A program made the translations under genes and the position numbers. The notes below the pieces were generated by a model, which saw only the letters and a program-made list of their open reading frames with translations, did not search any database and was not told the DNA's origin. A stretch of DNA of 64,000 bases from Marsupella aquatica (Eukaryota; Plantae; Marchantiophyta). Location of the stretch: contig OZ316897.1 of the NCBI GenBank assembly GCA_973895155.1, positions 6,624,470 through 6,688,469 of the forward strand. Reading direction: 5' to 3'. Below are positions 1 through 12,796 of the stretch, one piece after another. The number at the start of each line of letters is the position of its first letter. Position 1 is the stretch's first letter.

Positions 1-3000
1 GATTCGAGAGGGAGATTCTTAGAGGACCTGCTGGATCTTGCACGCTGTTGCAGTCATTGATGGTCTCATGGTCATGATCTGCTGCGTTGGGGTGACTGAT
101 ATGGATCCAGACGCTTTGGAATGACTCTAGTTCAATAGAATTCGCCTAATTAGCATGATGATACTGACAAGTCGTTGGAGTGATTTTTTTTATGACAGTA
201 CGTAGTACTTAATATAGTTGACGAGCAATGGAATGCCATCGCAGCAGAAACATTGTGGTTGGCCTTTTCTGAAAGCAGCAGGAAGTTCATTGTTGAATAC
301 AGTAGTTAAGGGCCGGCCATCAGGAAGAAGTTCGTTTACGTCTCCTCCCGCGAATCGTGGCACACGTAGAAAGCAGAGCCCGCCGCAGACGTACTGCATT
401 GAGAGGAGGACACGAAGCACGTGAACGGTTATTACCTGTTTTAAAACACAGGTACTCGGGATCCCCTTTTTACCGTCAACTACTCCATTTGATTTTACAG
501 ATCTTTTGTTTGTAATCGTTCATCTTCCTTCACTCCTACAGAAAAACCAGTTTCAGAAAATAATGCAAAGTGGATACTAATATACACTCAGGGTTCGACA
601 TTATAAGCAGGATCTGACTTGTAGACCTGAATAACTAGAATGTATGCACGTAGTCCGGTTAGAGATGGGGCTGCAATCGCAGTACTTATTCTAAAAGCTT
701 GATCAAGTGAGCAGTTAGTCGCCTGAACTCCTAAAACCACGGTCAGCAGCAGTACATAACGTAATTCATGACTATGGCAGCTCTCATATCTTGTAGATCT
801 TCGCACAACTTCAAGTTGGCCCACATGCGGTTTCTACCGGTACTGTAAACTTGAACTCTGGATAAGTACTCTGACTCGTTTCCTTGATCAGTCATGAGAA
901 TAGTCTTATTAAAATTCTGGTTCAAGTCGTTCATCAATAGTGTGCTCGCTGGATATCTGCAAATACCGCCAAGAAAGTAGTTTCAGAAAATTACTATTGT
1001 AGAATGTCCTCCTCGGATCGACAGTCTTTTCTCCTTACACGCGAGCCCGAACTTCAAGACAGTTTTATTCATTCATGTAATGTAATTTTCATGTACGCTG
1101 TAAATCAACTGCAAGTTGTATGTCCCGGAAAAATTGCAGGAAGGTGTAGATTAGAGAAATTTCATGCTTCAAGTGTAGTTTAGTAACGACAAGGGACTAC
1201 CCTTCTTACGAACGTATTGGGTCAGTTTCAATCGCAGGTACTCAGAACCATATGCTTTGCCGACCTTTCAGTAAGTTAATTTAAAGTCTCCAAGGTTCAT
1301 GAACAGTCACCTCAACGACCCCATGATTTGCTTCGCCTTGTGATCGAATATAATCGCAATATATATGAGCAGAGTCTTTTTGGGCTGCTACGCTTTATGG
1401 GTAGTCTCTGGTCCTCACGTTGGTTCCGGTACCTGTCACTGCGATAGGAGTTTGATTCTGGCTGGAGGACTTCGAAAGCCGTCGCTGATAGATAGATAGA
1501 TACACATAAATTAGGACCGAGGTCTGACTGACATGGCTAGAAGTAACAAGACAGCTAAAATGCTTGTTGTATTCAAGTCCTTGTGTAACCTGTTGTGTAC
1601 TTTGTGCGAGTTTACGGCGTTCCCACGAAATGTTGTGTTTCAATATTTACCAGGGTTTTTTCTCTGATTCTGCAGGTAGGATACACCATTATTTACTCAA
1701 TCCGCCCTGCGAACGGTCAACTGAGCTGCACACGTCGATCGAGTAGGACGCGACCATCCTAGACCAAGGTGCTTTGATTGTCTTTCCGAGGTAAATGTGT
1801 AAGCTTTGTTCAGAGCAATGGCTGAAGACATTTCCTCGAGAGTATTGGAGGAAGTATTAGAATTTGGTTTATTTGATTTCGCAAATTTAGAATAGGTCAG
1901 TCGTGTGAAATGGATAATTTATCTACATGAATCCTCTTTAAAATGTGAAGGCATTTATAGATGCTTCGTTCAGGAGATTTGCCTAAAAAATCAAAAGCTT
2001 TAAAGGCCACTGGAAACAGTCTTCTTCCATTGTTTAAATCGGAAGCTTTATTCACGACCGACAAGTGACGTACAAACGCCCAAGACGCGATGAGGACACT
2101 TGAAACAATCTTTGATCATTCATGATAAGATACTTAATATGCTGACTGATGCAACCGACGATGTAGCATTGAAATTAAGTAGTCGACCGTGCCCTTACCT
2201 TGAAGAGTCTGGAAGTCCCCTATCTCCAGTTGCAAGGCGCGCGTTCAATGATAAAATCGACACTGCTGAGTCATGGATCCATACTCGTCCCCAATCGAAG
2301 TCGTCTTTCCTTCCCTTATCTGGAAGAGTCTGTCCAGAAGCGACTCTAGAAGTTCTGTATGCCCAGTAATCAGACGTGCTGAGTCAGCTCTAAAGGTGCT
2401 GAAATGGCTTCGAAGCTGGAGGTATGTGCTATATGGACGCCATGTCTGCGCTGGCCGGAAAAGGTATTTCTTTCCATTGCAGAAGGCAAAACAAATGACA
2501 AGTAGCAGCCAATTATAAGTTTATCAACTGTGCACCATTTGCCTTAGCTGTTGGCCGGAGCTTAGGAGTTTTCTTTAGTTCTGGAATTTGGGGACTCACA
2601 GGCTTCTTCAAGGTAAGCTCACTGCAGAACGCTCACTCAGTATATTGCTCCTGTACACCGCAGAGACCATTTTATTATCGAGTGGGTGCCACCTGAAAAT
2701 TACAAAAGAAAACATATGAATTGAGCTCATATTCATAATTCTTTCTTGAGCGAACGAGCAAATTGACGTAAAACTAGGAGGTTGAATAAGGTGGAAGCGT
2801 TCTTTACACTTAATAAGTAGAAATTAAATTTTCCTCTCAAGTCAGTTCTTATTTCTCTTGATAAACTGGCTGGTTGTCGTAAAGCATACATTGTTCGCAA
2901 ACTTGAAATGATAGTAAGTGTCGACCGTGGTAACGTATCAGTAATAGTCAAAATAGTCCGTCTGTGCGTCAAGAGTCTATGTTGCACTAGCTTAAGACTA

Positions 3001-4383
3001 CTTACGTCTACGACTAACTTTCTTGTAATTGCGATCCGAGTTTTTAACGAGCATATATGTTTAAACAAGGTAGCACAGAGCAGCGCACGCCGCCGAAATA
3101 GTCAGCTCAAGGTGATGACCCAAGGACGATGGTTTGTGGAGAGGCCGGGAGAGAGGCAGTAGAGCAGAAAATCGAGCTCGATGGGTGGTTCAAGCAGACT
3201 GCATCAAAGATAAAACTTGCAAGCAAGAAAATGATTTAATTTTACAGAGAGCTCGAACGGGTTGAGATATGGAATTTACTGGGAATGCCTGCTGACGATG
3301 ACTGGGGACGGTCCTTGCAGAAAAGGTGGATGCTCTCCGTCACCACCAGGATAGATGTGGATAATAGCGAATCAAAAAGTAAGCAAAAGCCAATATGAGG
3401 CATGTGCTTACGAACACAGTCTGGGCAACACATGGAAAGATACCATTCGATTGACAACCACGAAAGATAGAATGTGACCAGGTGGCGAGCTTGACTAGTA
3501 AGCAATCGGCGGATGTTACTGTAACAAGAATGCAGTGCCAGATGAAGGCAAATATGAACAGTCCGAAGAGGATGTAGAAGCTAACTTTAGCGATCTCCGA
3601 GTGAATTGTAGCACTTAAGAATGATTCGTCGCTGATCTCTGGTGCATTCAGTCACCTTTGCAATTCATAGGTGTAATGGTTGATTTTAGTTTCCATTCGC
3701 CATGGTAGTAACAAAGTAAAGTTTTCGCACATTCAAACGAGCATTCAAATAGTCACCAAAGTATCCACTAGTGAGCAAACCAATTTTAGAGATTTGGGGA
3801 ACATTGTAGGGCCTGAGAATGATCCGTTTGTGATGATCTAGATGTTCTATTCAATCACCTGGGAATTCAGAGCTGGAACTGGGTGGTGGTATGTTTATCA
3901 AATGTGAATAATGCTTGACTGAATTAATAAACTGTTCAGTGAAAAGAAAACTTTTTGTCACATGATTGCATGCCCACTCTTTGAATGTTAATAGTAACTA
4001 GCTAGATTACCTGTTCCTTGAGGGTAAAATAAATATGAAGACAAAGTATCTTGCATAATAAAATTTCTATACTATTTTAGTTAAATTTTGTCTTATACTT
4101 GTTTTTTGTCCACTCTCATTTCAGTTTTGTCTTTATTTGGACTCATGATCATTTTTGTCCATCCTCATTTCAAGTTGTTTTTAACTGAGACTCATGATAA
4201 CTTTTGTCTCTATTAAGAGTTAATGTCTAGAGTTTTCACTCTAGACTCTAGGCGGGACTCTAGGCCCTTAAGAGTAGACTTTGTTGGCACTTTTATAGTA
4301 AGATAATGACAAAAATTATCAAGCATAGTCATCATTAGACATACACTATATCCCAAATTTTTTTCATCCACTAACATTTTGGT

Positions 4384-4620
4384 GGGGCCCTACCGTAATG
4401 GTCTAGAGGCTTCACTCTACACACCTCGACCCCAAGTCTAGGTTTTGATTGCTATCTATTACTAAGATTTGATAGGTCAAAAACACCTCCCCACTTGCCC
4501 TCCACCTTGCCGAGCATGCCTTGGTCTCGCTCTCTACACATTACCTTGTCATACGTGCCTCTCCCTCTGTGACTCGCCCTAGCTAATAGTGCAAGACATG
4601 GGCTTGTATCATCGTATCTT
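4384..4620 (+). mobile_element. Possible tRNA-derived SINE head inside an AT-rich insertion (~3880-4650)
   Basis: An A-box-like TACCGTAATGGT (~4391) and a B-box-like GGTTTTGATT (~4441) occur at tRNA-like spacing, but there is no intact cloverleaf. The upstream DNA is AT-rich with repeated ttttgtc motifs. Confidence 0.25.
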
Positions 4621-4759
4621 TCTAGATTATCTAACATATTTGATACTTAGCACCTGATCTTTTTAGATATCCAACACATTTTACCGTTACGATCATCAGG
4701 TCTTTCTAGACGACCCAACATATTTGATCCTTACTGCATCAGATTTTGCTCGACTACGA

Positions 4760-5280
4760 GAACGATTGCATCCAGCAAGTGGGGTATAAAGAAACAAAGA
4801 AGGTGGCACATCTGCCCTCAAAAATGCTGTTATTCCTAAACCACAGCTGCCACAGTCAAAGGGGCTTTCCTGTAATTGGCCACTCTTCATTTGACTAGTT
4901 TCACAGTAAATCTACCCTACACGCTCTCCCACTAGCTTCTCATCATACTACATTTGCTTTTTGGTGATTTCTTGACAGACAGAAACTCATTTACAAGTGT
5001 ATTTTTTGTGGAGCATAGATTTCTTTGATAACTATGTTTTCAGCTGTAGACAGCCCCGTATGATAAACTAATGTATAAAGTAAGGTTCCATAATGATTGG
5101 AAATAGGACCTTAGAGGCCTAGGAGAATTTCGGTTTTACTAATCCTAGTAAATGAGAAAAGAATCTTCCTAAAGAAGTTATCCAAATCTTGGCTGGCATA
5201 CGTCCCGAGAATGCACTGAAAAATACCAAAAACAAATCACAGACTACATTGCTTGATAACACTTCTACTCAAAAATTCAC
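4760..5280 (-). pseudogene. Ulp1/peptidase C48 (SUMO protease)-like domain relic
   Basis: One minus frame from 5280 reads VEVLSSNVVCDLFL...AKIWITSLGRFFSHL...ASKVLFPIIMEPYFIH*FII...SGQLQESPFDCGSCGLGITAFLRADVPPSLFLYT. This gives 'FPI..H[W>TAG]' (His at 5073-5071) and 'Q....DCG' (Cys at 4854-4852) in C48 order. An adjacent frame gives 'IVIKEIYAP' where I-Y-D is expected. Confidence 0.45.
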
Positions 5281-8200
5281 GAAAATATGATATTCTCTTT
5301 ACTATCCCGGTTTACTATACATGATTGTACTTGATGGGAAATAGGCAGATGACCCGAAGTACTTCATATTAAGCTTGTGGTTTAATCTAAACTCGACCTG
5401 GCTATTGGTAAATGCCCCGTGTCTGTCCCTAATTACTGCCCCCCCTTGCCCCGAATGCGTGATTCCTTTCAAAAGTCACACCTTTTGAAAAGTAAAACTT
5501 CAGGATTAATAATGGATCGAATAGCATAGATGTACCGTCTAGGATCATAGGCCTGTCACCTTTACTGATTCATGTCAAAACCGTTACCTCCTCCCGAGAA
5601 TCCAACTGAAACATCTTTGCAACACCAGAGGAAAATGATGGGCTCATCTTCACCGAATTAGATTTTCTGGCCAGGATTTTTCCGTGTGGTTCGACCCATG
5701 TGACCCTCTGTGTACGTACTTTAGAGCAAATAGTTAGCGAGTATTCAATCTCTAGGGATTGGATACCTTCGTCAATGACCACAGAACACAGATCTGGAAT
5801 CATATCCCCTTCTTCTGATTGACCTTCCCAGAACTCATATATGCAGGACGCTAGCACACCATGGTCTAAATTCTTTGTCCACATGCACACCTACAACTTG
5901 GAGAGTTATACAGGCTACAAGCTAGTCCGCAACGTCGTCTTTGGCTTTCAGCCTCTCACCAACCACTGCCGAAGCACGGTGCATAATTATGAGGTGTGTT
6001 GCCGACTACTGAACGGCAGTGTTGGCACTCATTGGATTCTCCAGGCCTACATTGTAGCTCCTTATCTTCTTACCCACGCTCGTCCTACATCATTCAGGCC
6101 ACTTTTGTTAGAGTTTCCACGTACCTGCAGCCATCCAAACTGAGAAATATCAAGGATTTCGTGGAGATTCAAACAGAAAAATGCAGAAGAAGTTCCTCGC
6201 CAGTTTGTAAACGTCATGCTGTCATGTTCGGCCAATCTCCAGCTCAGCCGTGAAGGTTTGGCCTTCTCGTGGTGTATATCTTAATTTGGAGTGCATAACC
6301 GCAGGACTTTTCTCAGAAAGAAATGCAGGTCTTTGCTTCGGCAACAATCGATATTGTCTGACGATGTGGCGCGCCCATCGCAGTTACAGGACGTTGGCCA
6401 ACAGACAAAAGGATTATGCACCACCTCCAAGTGAGTGAACGGAAGAGACCCTGTAGGTACAGCTTGACGTCACAGTTGCAACCTTTGTTGCTCTTTTGAT
6501 TTAATTCATCATTTGAAGGGGTAACTATGATCTCATTTAAAGGTCGTTTGTCCTTGGCTGCCCCATTTCTTTTTTCGTTCTGACTTTATGTAAACAGTCC
6601 TTCGTTTCGGTGACTACGGTAGTGAGTAGCAAGTTGTCGGCTAGAATAGCCTCCCAGACAACCGACCGTGGATTCAGATTCAGTGGCTCTCGAGTCTTTA
6701 AAGGTAGTTGCTTTACTTGCAGAAGATGTTGGATTTGTCGGACCACTTATCTTGAATGTGGACCCATAGAATGGAACCTTGCCTGGACCTGAACATTGGC
6801 CAGTCGTGTGCCGTTCCCGCCACCCATCCCGCCAGCAAGAGTCAAATCACTAGTATAGCTGCTCGTGCTATTCGAATCAATGGAGTCGGCTAGCTAGCCA
6901 GGCATCGTATTTTAACACGGAAGGTGCACTGGGGATTGGAGATGCCACCTGGTAGCCTGCAGTCTCCTCTTATGAGGCTCACTTGCACCGTCAGTTTTCC
7001 ATGATTTTTAGGATCTTTATTGTCCAAGTCTTTTGTTTGCTTTGTTCCAGACTGTACGAGAAATTGCATTAATCTCAAAGAAAGGTGCTAAATATTGCCA
7101 GTCTACTCAGTCTATTGGAGGTATGACTGCGTCCTGATCTTGTCTGTCATTTTAGTTAGTCCCTAATTATGGTGTGGGTGTTGCTCGGTCAGTAACATTA
7201 ACTAAGTATCATCAGTCAAGTGCAGATTTCCGGTTCAACGCCAGTGTTACTTCCAGCTCGGGAAGTCAACTTGAAATTTAGTCGAAGGCGTCGTGTCCAA
7301 CTTGCAGCAAGAATGGCATTAAGTTCATAGAGTTTCCCTCCTGAAGAACTGGGACGGTCTGGCAACTTGGACTGGTACTCCGTAGCACCACTTCTAAGGA
7401 AGATGAGATGGCCAGGGTTAGTATTTTCTTCATCAGGTATTCCAAAAGAGTTGCAGAAGAAATTACACAAAACTTCTGCATATAATTACTTGCATCGACT
7501 AGGCATCCCTTCAAAGCAACTATGATGCAGATAGCCAAATTGGATTGTAAAACATACTCAACTCATTGATCAATAACTGTAGTTTGTCCCTGTAAAAGGC
7601 GAATTGCTTGATGACCTTCAGTGAGTCATTTCTAGGACATTGAGTTGAATAATCGAAATTCTTCCAATATGTACCGCAACATTTGTGGATTTGTGAACGA
7701 CATACTTCTCTACAACAGTCAGGCATGACTTCATGTTGGTTGTATATCACAGTCAAATGCGTCGCCCTCGGCTACTACATGTATAGCCTAAAGTGGTTGA
7801 ATTCGAAATTCGATCAATGCTTTAGTATTAATGAACGAAGGCCTCTTCAGTTACAGGTGAGCCCCAACTGCAGAAACCATGACTTATTTCACCGAAGGTG
7901 ACTATATGATACCAAACTGGAAATTCCATGGATCATGACCATCAACGAGCACTCGGGTCTTAACAACGAAGTGGGATTGTAAATCAGAAACCAACACTAT
8001 TTCTGATCAAGTGGCAGTGTCTTGTTGCTCTTATTCTTTTTGAATAAACTTACAATATCGAACAAGACATGCAACAGTATGACTTCTCAATAGACAAGCA
8101 TAAGTTCTCGCGGATCACAGCCTTACGGGATGATGAATCGACTTAATTCAGCAGATGGATAAACTTTGATACAACAGAAAATGCACGATTTGTGACGGAT

Positions 8201-11170
8201 TCACTACCGTCGGGAGATAGCACCTTAGCTACCACTGAAGTCCCCAGCAACTAATTTGTTCGTAATGCTCCCGGTAATGCTTCAGTTTTTTCTGCTAACC
8301 TTCCAGGATCTTGAGCGAGATCTTGAGACCGTTCTTTTATTTTTGGCAAGCTGCATTGCCTACAGGGGTTTGGTTGAATCATTCCTTAATTTGATGCAAG
8401 TTATTCATGTACTGAAATCCTCAAGCAGGTGTTGAAATTCGCTCGAACGGTGGTACTAGCTTTTATCTCAGCAGAAAGGTGACATGCAGACTGACGAGTG
8501 TAGAACAAGGCCTGTCAAGCTTTTGCCTTTGTTGGACCCAAGGCAGTCCCACATGATGGGACTTGATGCGGGTCCAGCGGTGTCAAGGATAACTCAAATG
8601 GACCAACTGAAGTGGGAAGGAATTAAGTCTGGCCAAATATTGCAAACATGGACTTATTTTTGTTTGATTCAGAGGTTTTCTCACACTAGTGAGGGCCAAC
8701 GTTAGAAGAGCACTGTCTTTTGTCTGGGAGAGCCACATGTGCTTACTGTCACTGAAATCTGGCATTTTAAAGGAATTATGCTTGATGAAGTAGCTAGGTA
8801 ATTTTATGCTTATATTACATCCGAGTTACTGTATTGTCTACTAACTGTCTCTGGCTGTTGTGACTCTGAAGTATGAAAATCTCTGTACCCCAGAATCAGA
8901 ATACTCCCGAACAGAAGTTCAATCAAACAAAGTCCTCCACGACTGCTCTAGAAAGGGTCATCTCACACGCACAGCAGGACTGTAAGGAAGGAAGGCATGG
9001 CGTTCGAGTCCATCCCTTGAGTTATTTCCCACTTATCCGTATCTGGTGATAGAAGACTCCGCAAGGTACAGTAATTATTCAAATGTCCAAGAGGAACGAA
9101 GATTCTGATTTGAGCCGTCAGTGTCATAAATAAGTGTGCCGATTTCTCCCAAGTTTGAGATAAAATCGGAATACCATTCTAAACTGCATGATATCTATTG
9201 CCGTCACAATACGCAAACTCTACAGGGCAAACAAAAACCAAATGTTATTGTTGGTGCACCCATGCAAAAATGAGCAGATGTAATAGTTCAACATTGGCAC
9301 ATGCAAGCTTAGAGAAACTAAGCCATTTGAGATAAAGTCCTCTAAGGTCGTGGACAAGACACGCCCCATGAGGTTTCAGGAGTATACTGCTCCTTAAAAC
9401 GGAGAGAACAGGATGATCTTGGGACTCATTGGACGAGGTTGCCATCTTCTATTGGGCCATCGTTTTATATATGGGATTCCGATGGGAGACATCGATGGTA
9501 AATTCGGATTGGATAGCAGTGTAGAATGCTCTCGGGAGGGAATGTCAATCTTGTGTCAGTTAATCATATGACTGCTGCAATTGACGGTCCTGAATTGCAC
9601 AATGCATGCCGTTTTCCAGTGATAATACTGATAATTGCTGGCTTCCCATACAACAACAGGAACAAGTCAGTATAGCTCTCACAAAAACGCGACATATAAA
9701 ACCCGTTCTGAAAAAGGCAATTTTCGAAATACTTGGAAAGCATAGAGGAAAGTCTCTGCTGGACCCTGGTAAGTAACACCGCCATGATCTCATTCAATAG
9801 TAAACCTCTTGGAGATGACAAGGAAATAGAATTTGCTGGCAATTAGCTCTTTGCATATCAAAATGAATATAGGTCAGTTACACCGGTAAATTCGAAAATT
9901 ACGTTTCACTACAATATACTGACCTTTCAATAGACTGCCAAAGCCTCGCCACATGCGGCCAAGGAAATAGAATTGGCTAGCATTAACGACTTTAAGCTAA
10001 ACTCGTAGTCGTCTCACAACTCGGTCGGAACTGAGACGTGGTAAACCGACGCACAAATTGGTTAGCAATGAGATCTGACCTCTTCCTTAACTGTGACTCT
10101 GTCTCAAAGTGGGCCTCACGATCGCATCAAATGCAAGTGACAACATTAATTAGGAGAATCCTCGGTATGAGGGTCCTTTATGAACTGTTCGCTTTCCAAT
10201 GCCAAGTCCGAGGATCTACTTCAAAAGCAGGTCATTGTCTGTCGGAGTTAGCAGAACAGGACGAGGCCACCCGGCTAACTGAGACGAATGAGCTGGCTAG
10301 CTTCATCAAAGGCCGTCTTTAAAATTGCTCGTTAGTGCACATACATACATATAGAGCGAGGGGATGAATCACTTTCAAGTGGAGGGCGTTCACAGGGTCA
10401 GAGACAAGGACTTCAGTTTCGGGCCAAAATTAGAGCAGGGCCATGCCCTCGCAAACGTAGAAAGTCTTTGAATTGCAGAATTGCAGAGAAGCACCACATA
10501 GAACGAAAGATCCGCAAGCGCACTGCAAGTTACGAAGGTAAACAGATCCCGAAGCAGCAACTAGTGTACAAGACTTTGCCAAGAAGGTACAAAGCGAGTG
10601 AGAAAGTCTTAGAGCCAGGAGCTGTCCTTGAAAATTCAATTGCGATACTGTAGTCTTTGAACGGCATCAGCCATTGCTTCTGGATCGTAGAGCCAGAGCC
10701 CTGCTTGGAATAGAGCTACGACAACGATTCAAACCTGCTGCTCCGAAATCACTTCCTGCCCATGGACTCTAAGAAAGACTTGCCGTTTTCTGCCTTGATG
10801 ATATCTTGGCGCAAATTTCCCTTGCTGTTGTCGTGTTGTCTCAATGATAGCTTGGAGCAATTGAAGGGTTTGTGGCCACAACATCAGCCAAAGTATCACA
10901 AGTATCTCAACCATCACCCACCAAGGTAAGATCAACCAGTAAGCGTTGTGCTAGAGGACTAGGTACCTTCTTGTACCACCTTTCGCCGTGCATGCACCAA
11001 AGACCGGGAGAGAAACTGAGCACCAGCATCCCTCACGCCCGCCCTCACGGCATCATGAACAACTACAGTTTGTTTGTCACCCAAATTACACCAAAGAAGA
11101 TAGACCCATGTGTGCAGGAAGAAGATAGACCCATGTGTTATCACAAGGTTTCCCACAAAGCGCAGGAAAA

Positions 11171-11250
11171 AGGTAAGTAACCCTACAAGGTGGGGCAACC
11201 CTAAACAAACAGGTAAGTAACCCTACAAGGTGGGGCAACCCTAAACAAAC
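11171..11250. repeat. Perfect 40-bp tandem duplication
   Basis: aggtaagtaaccctacaaggtggggcaaccctaaacaaac at 11171-11210 and 11211-11250. Confidence 0.95.
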
Positions 11251-11488
11251 GCATGGTTGTACAAAACTCTTCTGAAGAGATCCACAGATGAGGGATGGTT
11301 GAATTGGTGTGAAGCCAACTTTCTCTCCAGAAGAAAGAATCCAAGCTCAATCCACTTCAAGTGCCTTGGTCAGGATGCTAGAGATGACAGCATGCATTTG
11401 TCCAGCAAGGTTATAATAGCCATAAGACAGATAGGGTCCAAGGAAAATAGCTCATGAAATGAAAGTAACACTAATACCTTGTACAAGA

Positions 11489-12796
11489 TCTAGTAGTGAC
11501 GATCACGTCCCCCACAAATGAACTTGAAATGGGAGGGAGTGATAGGTCCTCCCGATGCCATAAGCCGGAACGAGAACCGACGCCCACTGTTCGTCCAGAA
11601 CAGCTCCTTCCTTGGGCGCGACCCGGGTTCCCCCTCGTACCTATCCATCACCAACTGACCGCCCTGCCCCAAAGACATGTTCATGGCCCAAATAGCGTAG
11701 CTTGTCCTAAAGTTTGTCCCAACACACCGGGACCAGAATGACCCCAACTCTAGCAACCAACTCTCGGTTCTTGCCCCACTGATGGTCTAGGGGCCAAGCA
11801 CCCTTGGAACTCAACCTCCATGCCTACTTGGCCTTGCCTCCCCAACGCAAGCTCCCTTGGGAGACTGAACAGGCTTGGCTGTTGTTTTGGCAGGATTTGG
11901 CAAGCGGGAGAGATAACACCCGCAAACCTTGTGAACCTATGGCACCCCCAGACCCAGCTGAGCTCAGGAGGATGTAGCCCTCCTCGAGAGTTTTCCAACG
12001 CACCCAAGAAGTCCTCCAACGGACTTCCCGTTGGGAAGATATCGTTATTTCCGATGGGGGTTTTCCCTTAGTGTCGCGACCCCCGCGGCTCACGACTTCG
12101 GCTCGCCCTTAGCCCCCAAGGAGACACCACTCCCCTCATATATACTTCTGGAGACCTGTCACCCCCGGACCAACTTTAGTCCTCACTTTTAGTTCACAAC
12201 CCCGATCCTATCCGGCATGTCTGGGCGCGCCACCACTTGGCAACACCCATAACTTCCTAGTTAGGTGTCCGCAAGTGGAGTGCCTTAGCTCATTGTGATC
12301 GGTCCGACCCAGTGCTTGTGCCTAGGCCCTCAGATCTCATCGCCGCTTGGGGCCCCCGATCGGCCAAACCCGGATCGGGCCATAACTCGCACCCTAAGCG
12401 TCCGTTGCCCATGGCGTCAACTCCATTGGCCTTGGGCCCAAGAGGAGCTCTCACTCAAGTTCTCAAAACTCAAAGTCCGTCTGGGGGTCCGGACGGTCAA
12501 CCTTGAGCCCGGCCCCTTTTCCCTTGACCCAACCAGCACTTAGCTAGTCTAAGTCCTTAGTGTGTGTCACCATCTTGGCGCCTTGCCTTTGCTAGTGCCA
12601 TGTCCCATTGCCCACCAGTCTCCCCATGCTAAGTCTTCCCCGGATGACCTACCCGGGCCTGGACCATAAGGGAGCTCGGCGTCGGAGTCAGCAACGCCGG
12701 AGCTAAGTGTTAAGGTAGTCGAGTTCCGCGACTCACTCAATAATTGTAGAACATCATGTTCTAAGTACTGAAAATGTGTTATAAGAACTTGTGACA
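11489..12796 (-). mobile_element. Solo LTR of an LTR retrotransposon (~1.3 kb)
   Basis: A GC-rich island. The minus strand starts TGTCAC (12796), and the other end reads T(C)TAGTAGTGACG (TG mutated). The flanks are CAAGA (11484-11488) and CAAAA (12797-12801), a 5-bp TSD with 1 mismatch. A TATA-like TATATAT lies at ~12138-12144. There is no gag/pol. Confidence 0.65.

Larger units (their letters stand above)
1..10960. pseudogene. Decayed coding-like block (multiple fragmented, probably spliced genes on both strands); origin unresolved
   Basis: The longest ORF is ~110 aa, but protein-like stretches continue through isolated stops (e.g. + ~1790-2369 'RAMAEDISSRVLEEVLEFGLFDFANLE*...KQSLIIHDKILNMLTDATDD'; - 190-420 'RFAGGDVNELLPDGRPLTTVFNNELPAAF'). 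Acceptor-like 'ttttctgaaact...ag' motifs recur on the minus strand (plus-strand gtttcagaaaa at ~550 and ~980). CpG is not obviously depleted, unlike the flanking TE relics. Confidence 0.45.

Noticed and set aside
4384-4455. tRNA gene
   Set aside because: The A and B boxes are degenerate and no cloverleaf or acceptor stem forms. It is kept only as a possible SINE head.
4690-4800. Minus-frame 'PHLLDAIVLVVEQNLMQ*GSNMLGRLER' resembling SF2 helicase motif VI of large DNA viruses
   Set aside because: It is short, has no other helicase motifs, and overlaps the better-supported Ulp1-like reading in another frame.
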